The notes under the pieces are model-generated. The model did not search any database, was not told the DNA's origin, and worked only from the letters and a program-made list of their open reading frames with translations. DNA of 64,000 bases from Bacteriovoracaceae bacterium (GTDB lineage Bacteria; Bdellovibrionota; Bacteriovoracia; Bacteriovoracales; Bacteriovoracaceae). The DNA is taken from assembly GCA_048270185.1 (NCBI GenBank), contig JBLWTJ010000001.1, forward strand, positions 1 through 64,000, in the 5' to 3' direction. Below are positions 50,301 through 59,012 of the stretch, piece by piece. Positions within the stretch are counted from its first letter, which is position 1; every line of letters starts with the position of its first letter. Made by a program: the position numbers and the translations under genes.

Positions 50301-50928
50301 AGATATACCTTATGCTAAGTTGACTGTCGCTGATGGAGATATTGCGTGGACTAAACTCGATACTTCAGTCGATGTAGGTATTGGCACAAGCTCTCCAACT
50401 GAGAAATTACATGTTGTTGGAAATCTTCGCGTTGAAGGTACAACTGACTGTACATTAGGAGATGGAGCTGGAGCAACGAATTGTACTTCAGATCGAAGAT
50501 TAAAAGATAATATTGAAAATATACCTAATGCTCTTGATAAGATTAAATCACTTAATGGTGTCTCGTTTGATTGGAATGAAAAATCAATTGCGCCAGGAAA
50601 GCACTCAATTGGTGTTATCGCTCAAGATGTTCAGGCCCAATTTCCAACGGCAGTAATTGAAAATAGTGAAGGCTGGCTGGCCGTTGATTACGCAGTTCTA
50701 GTTTCTCCTTTGATTGAGGCCGTAAAGGAATTAGATAAGAACCTTGAAATGTATAAGTTAATGAGTGAAGGCGTTGAGCAAAAGGTTGAGGCAAATACTC
50801 GTGCTATAGCTAGTTTAAAAGAAGAGAATACGGCCTTAAAAACGCAGGTCAATAAGCTTAAAGAGGACAATGCACAAATGAAAGAGGCCCTGTGTAGCAT
50901 GAACTCATCTTTTAAGTTTTGTCAGTAG
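47395..50928 (+). CDS. Tail-fibre-like trimeric adhesin lipoprotein with C-terminal peptidase S74 chaperone (Bdellovibrio MAT-like)
   Basis: Lipobox LASC, VGIGTTTP..LDVNG repeats, TSDRRLKDNI, GVIAQDV, VDY..L...LIEAVKEL, terminal coiled coil. Confidence 0.88.
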   Translation: MNMRIKILILPFILLALASCQPAGNTSRLDSNSSNTTDLSKKHQISLIEVSSNQLILNGTNLNTVSAVKTKYGPQVINLNILSKTANMVRLSIPNGMKLVAGYLYDLVVTDAFGQSTTTISFDVQDDSISTSKIQDGSITNSKLGSLGATTAGQLLQYDGADWVAVDYVGGNNYLGRIVLAPSGSVLPLSTSGFNNGDFYVINDASAVVGDVNDPAGVGAITYNPGDIIRLNTALSTPEWELQSSGTSYVGPWSVSGSNIRRVSSNKVTIHNTAYDGPAMFNVGTDSAASATIEDSSLISIAGNVASGAGQWSRAMSFGLRDERYATMGVMGSNSGFGTAGDYFYIDVDGAGSPSGTPWLNADFYIAMNGYTYLGMIPDGSSYRLNVNGDTRIHDDLDVDGNIVASSFTGDGSGITNVNATNMTNSSTMTLQGGTSGSGNIAFQSNTSDFAVFDSQGYLSFGHNNANSTDYTATAQIDVRSNSEDVVGQFYSYDGNQSSINLGSSQGLTTGPVATATGDSLGSINFGGDNSTGIVSSSNITSRATENFAAGNLGSELAFSTTPNTTNTPVESMKLSHDGRLLVGVPALSDTSANSLVVGGDTLLDGDMRNTGLSTFFNIDLGGTFTQTGGGVVSLDGPLTSTNNITGANVTSTGGMTNTGVLQNFGNANVIGDLEVTGTTTFNGNINLNGDIALQNLTVNTIGGNTSSSTASFGTITAVSKLIGVGDSNNSILKGGSANNFEVNLGPTEIKVGNVNTGGTVTTAIPLALYTNDTARLHISTAGDVGIGTTTPTQALDVNGNITATQLCIGTDCRSVWPDTLTDIADGVTIEENGANKLQVVAGSIQNSHLASGIDASKITTGAINDSLLGPTVSKLGQTIESSEITDATIVNADINAAAQIAWSKINNSGVITNANIHPTAAIDYAKLNIADGAIPYAKLSVADGDIPYAKLTVADGDIPYAKLTVADGDIPYAKLTVADGDIAWTKLDTSVDVGIGTSSPTEKLHVVGNLRVEGTTDCTLGDGAGATNCTSDRRLKDNIENIPNALDKIKSLNGVSFDWNEKSIAPGKHSIGVIAQDVQAQFPTAVIENSEGWLAVDYAVLVSPLIEAVKELDKNLEMYKLMSEGVEQKVEANTRAIASLKEENTALKTQVNKLKEDNAQMKEALCSMNSSFKFCQ
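50185..50342 (+). repeat. 36-bp coding tandem repeat (ADGDIPYAKLTV)
   Basis: Three identical copies of GCTGATGGAGATATACCTTATGCTAAGTTGACTGTC at 50221-50328, a 14-nt partial copy, and a diverged upstream copy. Confidence 0.95.
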
Positions 50929-51066
50929 TGAAGTGATATCGTCAGGATATATGGGCATTTTTCCTTTGTTACACTTCTCTAACTATATAAAATTACATTA
51001 GTTTCGAAGTCGAGTTCTATACATCCTATAATATTGAAATAACTTATTTCTTTTTTTAGCTAAGTT

Positions 51067-51093
51067 TAAAGTTAAGAAATTAAATGGCGATAA
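51067..51093 (+). promoter_or_regulatory. sigma28 (FliA)-like promoter
   Basis: TAAA-N15-GGCGATAA. Confidence 0.65.
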
Positions 51094-51118
51094 GTTATTG
51101 GGATATTTGGGAAAAGTA

Positions 51119-54100
51119 ATGAAACGTATATTATTAATTTCTTTATTTATGAGTTTCTTTGTGGCGTGTACGCCCCAAATGAATTCACTCAGACAAGCAG
51201 ACTGTGGTGCTGGACACTACTTTGACGAGGTTACTCGTAGCTGTATACTCGATGTCTCTCCAAAGGCTCCCGTCATCACAAGTTCAAGTTTATCAATTAC
51301 TGAAAACGATGCAAAGACGACATACCCAATTACTTACACTGATCAAAACGGGGGAGTCGCTACATCATGTACGATCGTAGATACTGATACAGGATTAAAT
51401 CAATCTCTAACTTTTGGATCAATTACTATTGAGAGAGTTAACACTTGGGCCAATGCTCAAGATTATTCAAATCTATTTATTCAGGTTGTTGATAACCCTT
51501 CAATTGCCTATGGAAATGAAGTCGTTTCTGTTTCAGGAAATACAATCACTATTGAAATCGATGCTGGTTTTACAACTTCATCACAAATTGTAACTGCAAT
51601 AAATGCAAATCTTGCTGTCAACGCAATTATTTATGCTTCTGTAACAGGTGGGAATACAACGGAATCAATTACACCTCTTTTAAAAGTTCTTGGGGCAACT
51701 TGTGAGTGTGCAAATGGTGCTTGTGAGATGGAAATTGAACCATCTCGAAATATTAGTGGTTCAACTTATGTTGATCTCTACATTACAGATGATGATGGAG
51801 ATAGTGCAACAAAGAGAATTTATATCAATGTAGCCGATACAAACCAGGCACCAGTCGTTGCCGCAACTCGATCAATTACTGTTGCTGAAGATAATCAAAT
51901 TGTTTTTACATTTTCTTCTTCAACTACTGAAGTTCCTACAACAGATTATTTTGACTATGATGGAGATATTGCATCGGCTTGTTTTGCTAATTCAATTCAT
52001 GCAAATGTTCAAAACTCAAATATCTCATGTACTTGTAATATTGGAACAGGAGTCTGTACTTTAAGTTTTTATACAGATGCTGATTATTTTAATACGTCGG
52101 CAGAGGCGATGGTCGAATATCAAATCATTGCCAACGGACAGCTATCAAATACTGGTGTAGCTTCGGCTCTTGTTTCAGAAGTTGATGATGATCCGGTTCC
52201 TGCTTCAACCATCACAATTGCAGTTAACGAAGATGCGACAGGTATTCCTGGAGCTCAAACAATTGCAGGTTTTTATTTTCCGACAGCAAGTGATGATGGC
52301 TTTACAGGATTTAATGCTTCAGATATTCGATATAAATTAAAGAATCTCGATAACTACACAGAGATAGAGGGGTCATGTACTGGTAACCCTGGGTTACCTG
52401 ATGAAAATAATTATAACTTACTTGTAGATGACTCTACCTATTGTCAGGTTAATTTTGAAGGTAATGCCAATGGAATTTATACTCTTGAGTATAGTGTTTC
52501 AGACTCTAATTTACCTTTGACTTCAATGGCACAATTTCATGGAACAGGGTATATTAATATTAGTATCATTGCACAAAATGATCCTCCATTTATCACTGGT
52601 GGAACTACTTTTACTCATTCGATGAATGAGTCGACTGACTGGAATCCTGTTAGTTCGACGATTTCTTTAGGAAATGTTTCTGATATAGATGATGCAATGA
52701 CTGATTTAAGTGTTTACTTTCTCGATAGTAGTAGTTCGAGTTATGTCAATACGATGGCCTCTCAGGCCAGTGTCACTGGAAGTGAAGGGACGATTAGTGA
52801 TTGTGCCATTGATTCGTCAGGAAATATTTCTTGTCTTTATACGACATTAAATGGAAATAGTTCAAATACAGTAGGGACACCAGATTCATTTAACTTTATT
52901 GTACGAGACGATGAAGGGGCAGGTTCGGCCGTGCAAACTCTTGAGGTCGTTGTCTTAGAAACTTCTGATGCACCTGTTATTTGTAATTACTCAACTTATA
53001 ATCTACGATCTGGCCGTACTGAATGTGGGGTTAATCATTGTATCGGTGAAGGTGCTCCAACATTTGCACCAACATCTCACTTATCAACTGATCCTGTAAT
53101 TTACTTTGATCGCACGAATATGATTTGTTATCAATCAAATTCAACAACAAGTAGTGGCTGGGAAGTTGCAAGTAATAATGGAAATCAGAACGCTAGCTAC
53201 ATGTCAGATATTGTTATTGGTGAAAAAGAAAATGTTATTATCGATAATGTTATTCTTTCAGAAGGTGGCTCTGTAGATGAAGGTGGGCAAACACTAACAA
53301 TTCAAAATATAGCTTCAACAAATTCAATTCTAATTAATCCATCAAATATCACTTTCTTTAATGATATTGAAAATGACAATATTTTTGATGAGCCATCAAC
53401 TATTACGGTTACAGGACCTGGTGGTGGAAATATTGATAATATTAATGCCTTTAATGAGAACTTAAGAATTAAGATGATTCCAACGGCGTCACAATTTGGA
53501 GAGACGACGATTTCTTTTGATATTGTTGATTCAGGAACGGGGACGCTTACAACAAGTATTTCTTTCAATGTACGAGTTGAGCCACAAACAATTACCCATA
53601 ATGGTTGGGAAGATGTTAAGGCACTAGGTGTAAAAGTTAATCACTATGGAACTCGTGCTCAAATTGAAACAACTTGCTCACACTCTTTAACAAAGTGTAA
53701 TGGAGGGGATGAGTGTTACGGAACGTCATCTCCTGTCGCAGCTGTCATTCCAGATGCACCGGGAGCAATCTATCGTTCAAGCTCTGATAATAAGTGTTAC
53801 TACTCAACAGGTACAACGGCCGCTGACTGGGTATTATTTAATAAGCAAGTAGCATGTAATATTAGTGAAGTGAACCGTGACTACATTAATCAAGGAATTT
53901 TAGAAGATAGTTCAACGACTTGTGACACATTAAATAGCGCGAGTTGTATTGGTGATGTTACTTTTGTAAACCCTGGTTCAACTCAGTTAACTGTTACATT
54001 TAATGCAACGACTTCAGTTCTTGATGCTAGCTTAAATAAAGGAAAATTCTTATTTAATACTCTTTATAATGCTTCAACAAAGAACGATTGTTACTACTCT

Positions 54101-55792
54101 GATGGAACAACTTGGACTCCGTATCATGGAACTTCAACTGTAAAACTAGATTGGGAAGCTTTCACTGTTAATACTTCTGGAGCAATACAGGGCTATAATG
54201 TATATCGTAAACTTGCTGGGAAAGAGAATTTATTCAATTACGATATGCCTCTTAATCGTGAAATTATCAGTTCAACAACGACTTCTTATATTGATAATGG
54301 AGAGAACTCACGTATTGCGCCGGCACCTAATCATACTTATGTTTATGAAGTAAGACCTGTCTTAAGCTTTACAAATCAACTAAGTGCATCTGAAGAGCTT
54401 GAGATTACAACGAATAATAATGTTGCAAAACTAAGAGTGATCGCACCTCAGGAAAACTATACTTTTGTTCACCGTTGGATGGTTAATAAGAAAGCGTGTG
54501 AAATGATGCATTCTGAGTCATTCATTGATAATGATTATAAATGTGAATATAAAGGCTTTGGAGATTCTGACTCAAATGGACTTGGAACAATTAATGCTGT
54601 CTATGATTTTGGTAAAGATCTACTTGTTCCAAAATTCGAGATGGGATGTCCATTTACAAAAACAGGCTGTGATACTGTCGATGGACAATGTGTTGCTCAA
54701 AACTTAGTTAATAACTCAACTCCATATACAGGAGCTTCTGGTTCAATCTTCTATGAAAGGTCAACTGGTGCATGCTATCGTCATGATGGTTCAAGCTTTG
54801 TTGCATACAACGGTGAAGACCTTGATGCTGAAAAAGCATATCAGGCATATTTACCTCCTCTTACAAATATTGATTATACTCAAGCTACGGCTGCATGTAG
54901 TGCACTAACAGCAAATACTATTATTGGTTATACTGCAGGACTTACTTTCGATCTGCCAACTCGTGACGAACAAATTGCTTATACTGCTTGGGATCTTCGT
55001 AATCCATCTGGTGGTAATTATGCAGAGTCTGTTTTTGAGACTAGAGAAAGAGGTCAATCACTAAATTCTTCTAGTAAGTGTAACTCTAATCTTGCCAGTG
55101 GTCTTGAGTCTTCATATATGGACGTTGATACTTTAAGTTCAACTGATGTGCACACGATTCCTGGAACATATTCTTCAGGAATTCGCTCTCTTCATACAGG
55201 TTCGACTTATACTGAAGATTGTTCTTCAATGTTTGGTATTCAGGATGCTGTCGGTAACGTTGCAGAGTTTTCTCGAACAGAATATACATACGATAATACG
55301 ACTTTTACTTACGATTTTCCTTCTATTACTTCGGCCACTGATTCAACAATCTATGGTACAGGTGGAACTTATGGCTTCGAAGGGATTTCTGGTCCATGTG
55401 CCGATACCGATGGTGATGGATTTTGTGATTCTGAAATGGGTTCTTTCCTATTTGAAGATAAATCAACTTATAGCACAGGTTATTTCAACTACGTCTATGG
55501 TATTCCTATTACCAATGATGCCCAGGCCGGTGTCGATGGAACATCTGTTGGAGACTATACGTTAAGAATTGGATCTTCCGCAGGTATCACAAGTGCGCAA
55601 TTACATGATGATGCAATGTTTAGAGAACTTCCTAATACTGCATCAGGAACAATTGTTAGTGGTGGTGATTATCAGGCATTAAATGAGTCTGGTGTTTATA
55701 CACTTGAAATGTTCCCTGATGGAGAGGCCAATAGTCGTGTTGGTGTGCGTTGTGTTATTGAAGTTGATCCAACAAATTATGAAGCAGAATAA
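51119..55792 (+). CDS. Giant Cys-rich surface lipoprotein with Ig/cadherin-like repeats and C-terminal FGE-sulfatase/C-type-lectin-like domain
   Basis: Lipobox VAC after ATG 51119, NQAP/NDPP-type repeat boundaries, FN3-like segment, LPTRDE, QDAVGNVAEF, VGVRC. Confidence 0.75.
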   Translation: MKRILLISLFMSFFVACTPQMNSLRQADCGAGHYFDEVTRSCILDVSPKAPVITSSSLSITENDAKTTYPITYTDQNGGVATSCTIVDTDTGLNQSLTFGSITIERVNTWANAQDYSNLFIQVVDNPSIAYGNEVVSVSGNTITIEIDAGFTTSSQIVTAINANLAVNAIIYASVTGGNTTESITPLLKVLGATCECANGACEMEIEPSRNISGSTYVDLYITDDDGDSATKRIYINVADTNQAPVVAATRSITVAEDNQIVFTFSSSTTEVPTTDYFDYDGDIASACFANSIHANVQNSNISCTCNIGTGVCTLSFYTDADYFNTSAEAMVEYQIIANGQLSNTGVASALVSEVDDDPVPASTITIAVNEDATGIPGAQTIAGFYFPTASDDGFTGFNASDIRYKLKNLDNYTEIEGSCTGNPGLPDENNYNLLVDDSTYCQVNFEGNANGIYTLEYSVSDSNLPLTSMAQFHGTGYINISIIAQNDPPFITGGTTFTHSMNESTDWNPVSSTISLGNVSDIDDAMTDLSVYFLDSSSSSYVNTMASQASVTGSEGTISDCAIDSSGNISCLYTTLNGNSSNTVGTPDSFNFIVRDDEGAGSAVQTLEVVVLETSDAPVICNYSTYNLRSGRTECGVNHCIGEGAPTFAPTSHLSTDPVIYFDRTNMICYQSNSTTSSGWEVASNNGNQNASYMSDIVIGEKENVIIDNVILSEGGSVDEGGQTLTIQNIASTNSILINPSNITFFNDIENDNIFDEPSTITVTGPGGGNIDNINAFNENLRIKMIPTASQFGETTISFDIVDSGTGTLTTSISFNVRVEPQTITHNGWEDVKALGVKVNHYGTRAQIETTCSHSLTKCNGGDECYGTSSPVAAVIPDAPGAIYRSSSDNKCYYSTGTTAADWVLFNKQVACNISEVNRDYINQGILEDSSTTCDTLNSASCIGDVTFVNPGSTQLTVTFNATTSVLDASLNKGKFLFNTLYNASTKNDCYYSDGTTWTPYHGTSTVKLDWEAFTVNTSGAIQGYNVYRKLAGKENLFNYDMPLNREIISSTTTSYIDNGENSRIAPAPNHTYVYEVRPVLSFTNQLSASEELEITTNNNVAKLRVIAPQENYTFVHRWMVNKKACEMMHSESFIDNDYKCEYKGFGDSDSNGLGTINAVYDFGKDLLVPKFEMGCPFTKTGCDTVDGQCVAQNLVNNSTPYTGASGSIFYERSTGACYRHDGSSFVAYNGEDLDAEKAYQAYLPPLTNIDYTQATAACSALTANTIIGYTAGLTFDLPTRDEQIAYTAWDLRNPSGGNYAESVFETRERGQSLNSSSKCNSNLASGLESSYMDVDTLSSTDVHTIPGTYSSGIRSLHTGSTYTEDCSSMFGIQDAVGNVAEFSRTEYTYDNTTFTYDFPSITSATDSTIYGTGGTYGFEGISGPCADTDGDGFCDSEMGSFLFEDKSTYSTGYFNYVYGIPITNDAQAGVDGTSVGDYTLRIGSSAGITSAQLHDDAMFRELPNTASGTIVSGGDYQALNESGVYTLEMFPDGEANSRVGVRCVIEVDPTNYEAE

Positions 55793-55837
55793 AGCTATGC
55801 TATAATTCTTCCCATCTAATCACTTTGGGGAATTCAT

Positions 55838-56704
55838 ATGTTCTTTGGTCGAAATAAAGCTAAAAAAAATGATCGCGGTAGTGGGAAAGTTATAAGCTTT
55901 CTTAACCAAAAAGGTGGAGTTGGTAAAACAACGATGTGTTTTAATACGGCACATGCTTTGGCCCACAAAGGTCACAAAGTTCTAGTGATTGATATGGATC
56001 CTCAGTCAAATATGTCTTATCTCTTTGATTGCCTGGAGCCGGAAACTAGTGTTTTCAATCTTCTTTTAAACAATGTCAAAGAACTTAAACATCTTCATTC
56101 ATCGGCAATTTTTGAAACAGTTGTCCATAATAATGAAACAGGAGTTGATTTACTTCCTGCCGCCCAAGAACTTTCGGGATTTGAATTATGTGTTGCTGCT
56201 ATAAATTCACCAAGGCAAACTATATTAAAGAAGTATATCGATCAAGCTGGGCTTAGAAGTCGCTATGACTTTATATTAATCGATTGTCCGCCGACGCTTG
56301 GACTCCTCGTTGTCAATAGTATTTGTGCTAGTGATGGAGTGATCGTTCCATTTAGGCCTGATGATTTCTCAATGAAGGGGCTGGAGCACTTTTATCGCAT
56401 GTTAGGGGATATTGAGGAAATGGAGTTAACAAAGCTTCCTGAGATTATTACACATATCCCAAATTTAATGGATACTAGGCGCAAGCAAGAAGAGAGCGAT
56501 CTTGATCAGATTCAAGAACTTATTCGTAAGGTAACTGGGGACGATCGTTATATATCTCCTTTCTTTAATAAGGCCCAGATCGTAAAATCCCAGGCTGCAA
56601 AAAAATCAATTTACGCTTATAATTCTAAGGAGTATAGGCCGCTTCATGAACAGTTTAATAAAATCGCAAATATAATTGATTCGTGGAATGAATCGAGTCT
56701 ATAA
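55838..56704 (+). CDS. ParA/Soj-family ATPase
   Basis: NQKGGVGKTT, IDMDPQSN, IDCPP; TGCTATAAT extended -10 upstream. Confidence 0.92.
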   Translation: MFFGRNKAKKNDRGSGKVISFLNQKGGVGKTTMCFNTAHALAHKGHKVLVIDMDPQSNMSYLFDCLEPETSVFNLLLNNVKELKHLHSSAIFETVVHNNETGVDLLPAAQELSGFELCVAAINSPRQTILKKYIDQAGLRSRYDFILIDCPPTLGLLVVNSICASDGVIVPFRPDDFSMKGLEHFYRMLGDIEEMELTKLPEIITHIPNLMDTRRKQEESDLDQIQELIRKVTGDDRYISPFFNKAQIVKSQAAKKSIYAYNSKEYRPLHEQFNKIANIIDSWNESSL

Positions 56705-56737
56705 ATAAGAATAGAATAATTTTAAATAGGAGAATTT

Positions 56738-56989
56738 GTGGCAAGTATCAAGAATCCACTCTATGTTGTTTCAAATAGCGGTCAAGATGTTGAAGGTGTT
56801 TCAAATTATATCGAGTTAATTATCAAGAAATTCGGACTTGAGCCTTATCTTGAACTTCTTGACTCAATGCTTGCGATGATCACAAATCAGGTCGGTAATT
56901 ACGGCTTTTTTATTGCGCTCCAGAATTTTATTGATCATATTGCGGCCCAAATTGAAAAAGTCGTGGAGTTTGCTTCACGCATTATCTAA
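56738..56989 (+). CDS. Small hypothetical protein
   Basis: AGGAG RBS, GTG start, 83 aa, predicted helical. Confidence 0.7.
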   Translation: MASIKNPLYVVSNSGQDVEGVSNYIELIIKKFGLEPYLELLDSMLAMITNQVGNYGFFIALQNFIDHIAAQIEKVVEFASRII

Positions 56990-57029
56990 ATAATGCTAGA
57001 CTCCGGCCATATCGATTAAGGAGTCAATT

Positions 57030-57461
57030 TTGAAAATACAAGAAAGAGTTAATGCTCTCATTGAAGAATTTAATGGATTTGGCGATTGGGAAGATCGCTA
57101 TATGCATATTATTTCTCGCGGCAAGAATATGCCGGCCTTAGACGAACAATTATGTACAGAAGAATATAAAGTGAAGGGCTGCCAGTCACAAGTTTGGCTT
57201 GTACCTGAACTCAAAGATGGGAAGATAATCTTTAAGGCCGATAGTGATGCGGCCATTGTAAAAGGAATCGTTTCAATCTTAATTGGTGTCTATTCAGATG
57301 CAACACCTGATGAAATTCTTGCAACAAAACCAGACTTTTTAGATACGATTGGGCTAAGACAGCACCTATCAATGTCACGAGCTAATGGGCTTTCAAGTAT
57401 GGTTAAGCAAATTTCAATGTACGCGCTTGCATTTAAGACGAAAATTCAAATGGGACTATAA
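57030..57461 (+). CDS. sufE: SufE-family sulfur acceptor
   Basis: WEDRY, VKGCQSQVW, DSDAAIVKG, SRANG. Confidence 0.92.
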   Translation: MKIQERVNALIEEFNGFGDWEDRYMHIISRGKNMPALDEQLCTEEYKVKGCQSQVWLVPELKDGKIIFKADSDAAIVKGIVSILIGVYSDATPDEILATKPDFLDTIGLRQHLSMSRANGLSSMVKQISMYALAFKTKIQMGL

Positions 57462-57475
57462 GGGAATTAAAGAAA

Positions 57476-58468
57476 ATGTACTTAAATAATATTAGACCAA
57501 GAAGAAATAGAAAGAATCATGCCATGAGATCTCTTATGCGTGAAACCATTTTAACAGTTGATGATCTAATTATGCCACTATTTATTATTGATGGTGAGAA
57601 TAAAGTAGATCCTGTTCTTTCAATGCCAGGGATTAACCGCCTAAGTCGTGACCTTATTGTTAAGGAAGTAAAAGAACTTTGGAATCTAGGTATTAAATGT
57701 GTTTCTCTTTTTCCGGCCCTTGATGATTCAATTAAAAATCGTCTTGCGACAGAGTCTAAGAATAAGAATGGACTTCTACAAAAGACAATTAAAGATATAA
57801 AAGATGCATGTCCAGATATGCTCATTATGACAGATGTAGCAATGGACCCATACTCAAGTGATGGACACGACGGTATTGTGTGCGAGAAAACAGGTGAAAT
57901 CTTAAATGATGAAACATTAGAAATTCTTGCGGCCATGGCCATCAGCCAAGTTGAAGCAGGAAGTGATATCATCGGTCCAAGTGATATGATGGATGGACGA
58001 GTTGGTTATATTCGCGAGGCCCTTGATAGTGAAGGTCTAAGCCACGCTTCAATCATGGCCTATACTGCAAAATATGCATCAGCTTTCTATGGCCCTTTTA
58101 GAGACGCCCTTGATAGTGCGCCAAAGGCCGGTGATAAGAAGACTTATCAAATGGATCCTGCAAATCTTACAGAAGCACTTCGCGAAATCGAATTAGATGA
58201 AGCTGAAGGTGCTGATATTCTCATGGTAAAGCCTGGTATTAGTTATCTTGATGTTATCGCCAAGATGAAGGAAACAACAAACCTTCCTGTTGCGGCCTAT
58301 AATGTCTCTGGTGAATATGCTATGGTAAAGGCTGCTGCTGAAAAAGGTTGGATCGACGGTGATGCTGTTGCTCTTGAGATGTTGACAAGCTTTAAGCGCG
58401 CTGGAACAGACATGATCCTAACTTACTTTGCTAAAGAAGTAGCACTGGGTTTTACTCGATCTAAATAG
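57476..58468 (+). CDS. hemB: Porphobilinogen synthase
   Basis: RPRR.R, DVAMDPYSSDGHDG, PSDMMDGR, FYGPFR, MVKP, YNVSGEY. Confidence 0.97.
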   Translation: MYLNNIRPRRNRKNHAMRSLMRETILTVDDLIMPLFIIDGENKVDPVLSMPGINRLSRDLIVKEVKELWNLGIKCVSLFPALDDSIKNRLATESKNKNGLLQKTIKDIKDACPDMLIMTDVAMDPYSSDGHDGIVCEKTGEILNDETLEILAAMAISQVEAGSDIIGPSDMMDGRVGYIREALDSEGLSHASIMAYTAKYASAFYGPFRDALDSAPKAGDKKTYQMDPANLTEALREIELDEAEGADILMVKPGISYLDVIAKMKETTNLPVAAYNVSGEYAMVKAAAEKGWIDGDAVALEMLTSFKRAGTDMILTYFAKEVALGFTRSK

Positions 58469-58469
58469 A

Positions 58470-58583
58470 TTATTTTTTGACGCGAATTGGGATGTATGCC
58501 TTTGCTCTCTTTTCGCGTGCTTCTTTTTCCTTAAGTGAAGCAAGGCCAATTAGTGCGCCGATAATTAAAACAGGAATCCACAT
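58470..58583 (-). CDS. Small single-pass membrane protein (37 aa), not in ORF track
   Basis: GGAG RBS, MWIPVLIIGALIGLASLKEKEAREKRAKAYIPIRVKK, own promoter. Confidence 0.65.
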   Translation of the reverse strand: MWIPVLIIGALIGLASLKEKEAREKRAKAYIPIRVKK

Positions 58584-58633
58584 AATCACTCCATTGTTTT
58601 TCCTAAGGATATTGTAGCATCCTTCTAAGGTAC

Positions 58634-58660
58634 TTATCGACAGTTCTTGGTCAAATTTTA
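58634..58660 (-). promoter_or_regulatory. sigma28 (FliA)-like promoter
   Basis: Minus strand TAAA-N15-GTCGATAA. Confidence 0.65.
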
Positions 58661-58671
58661 GTGAACTTCTT

Positions 58672-58962
58672 CTAAGTACTTGATTCTACGTACTGACAAA
58701 TTGTCTCAAATGATTGGGCAGTGCCATTTTTAAACCATTTGGCCTCAGGATAGCTGACAATATGAATACCTTCACGGCATTTTCCAAGACAGTCACTTGT
58801 CGTTACTCGCACAACTCCTTTGCCATATTTCTCGTTGAAGTGGGACTTTAGTTTTGCCTTTAATTCAATGGCCTCATCACTCATGCACTTGTCGGCAACT
58901 TTACAGCTCTTGCAAATAAATAGATGTTTTTTAAAGAGATTCGTCTCGTGTTCTTTTGCCAT
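58672..58962 (-). CDS. Thioredoxin-like (2Fe-2S) ferredoxin
   Basis: HLFICKSC, TSDCLGKC..G, YPE.KW. Confidence 0.78.
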   Translation of the reverse strand: MAKEHETNLFKKHLFICKSCKVADKCMSDEAIELKAKLKSHFNEKYGKGVVRVTTSDCLGKCREGIHIVSYPEAKWFKNGTAQSFETICQYVESST

Positions 58963-59012
58963 ATGAAGTCCTAACCTGATATTATATCTAAAAGATTTTT
59001 AAGGATTATATT

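Noticed and set aside
50221..50342. CRISPR array
   Set aside because: Units are directly adjacent with no spacers, in frame within a CDS, and no cas genes are present
47395..55792. Prophage or tailocin, suggested by tail-fibre-like genes
   Set aside because: No capsid, terminase, tube, baseplate, lysis or integrase genes; both proteins carry lipoprotein signals
54900..55792. Diversity-generating retroelement target
   Set aside because: CLec-like tip is suggestive, but no reverse transcriptase or template repeat was seen in the window
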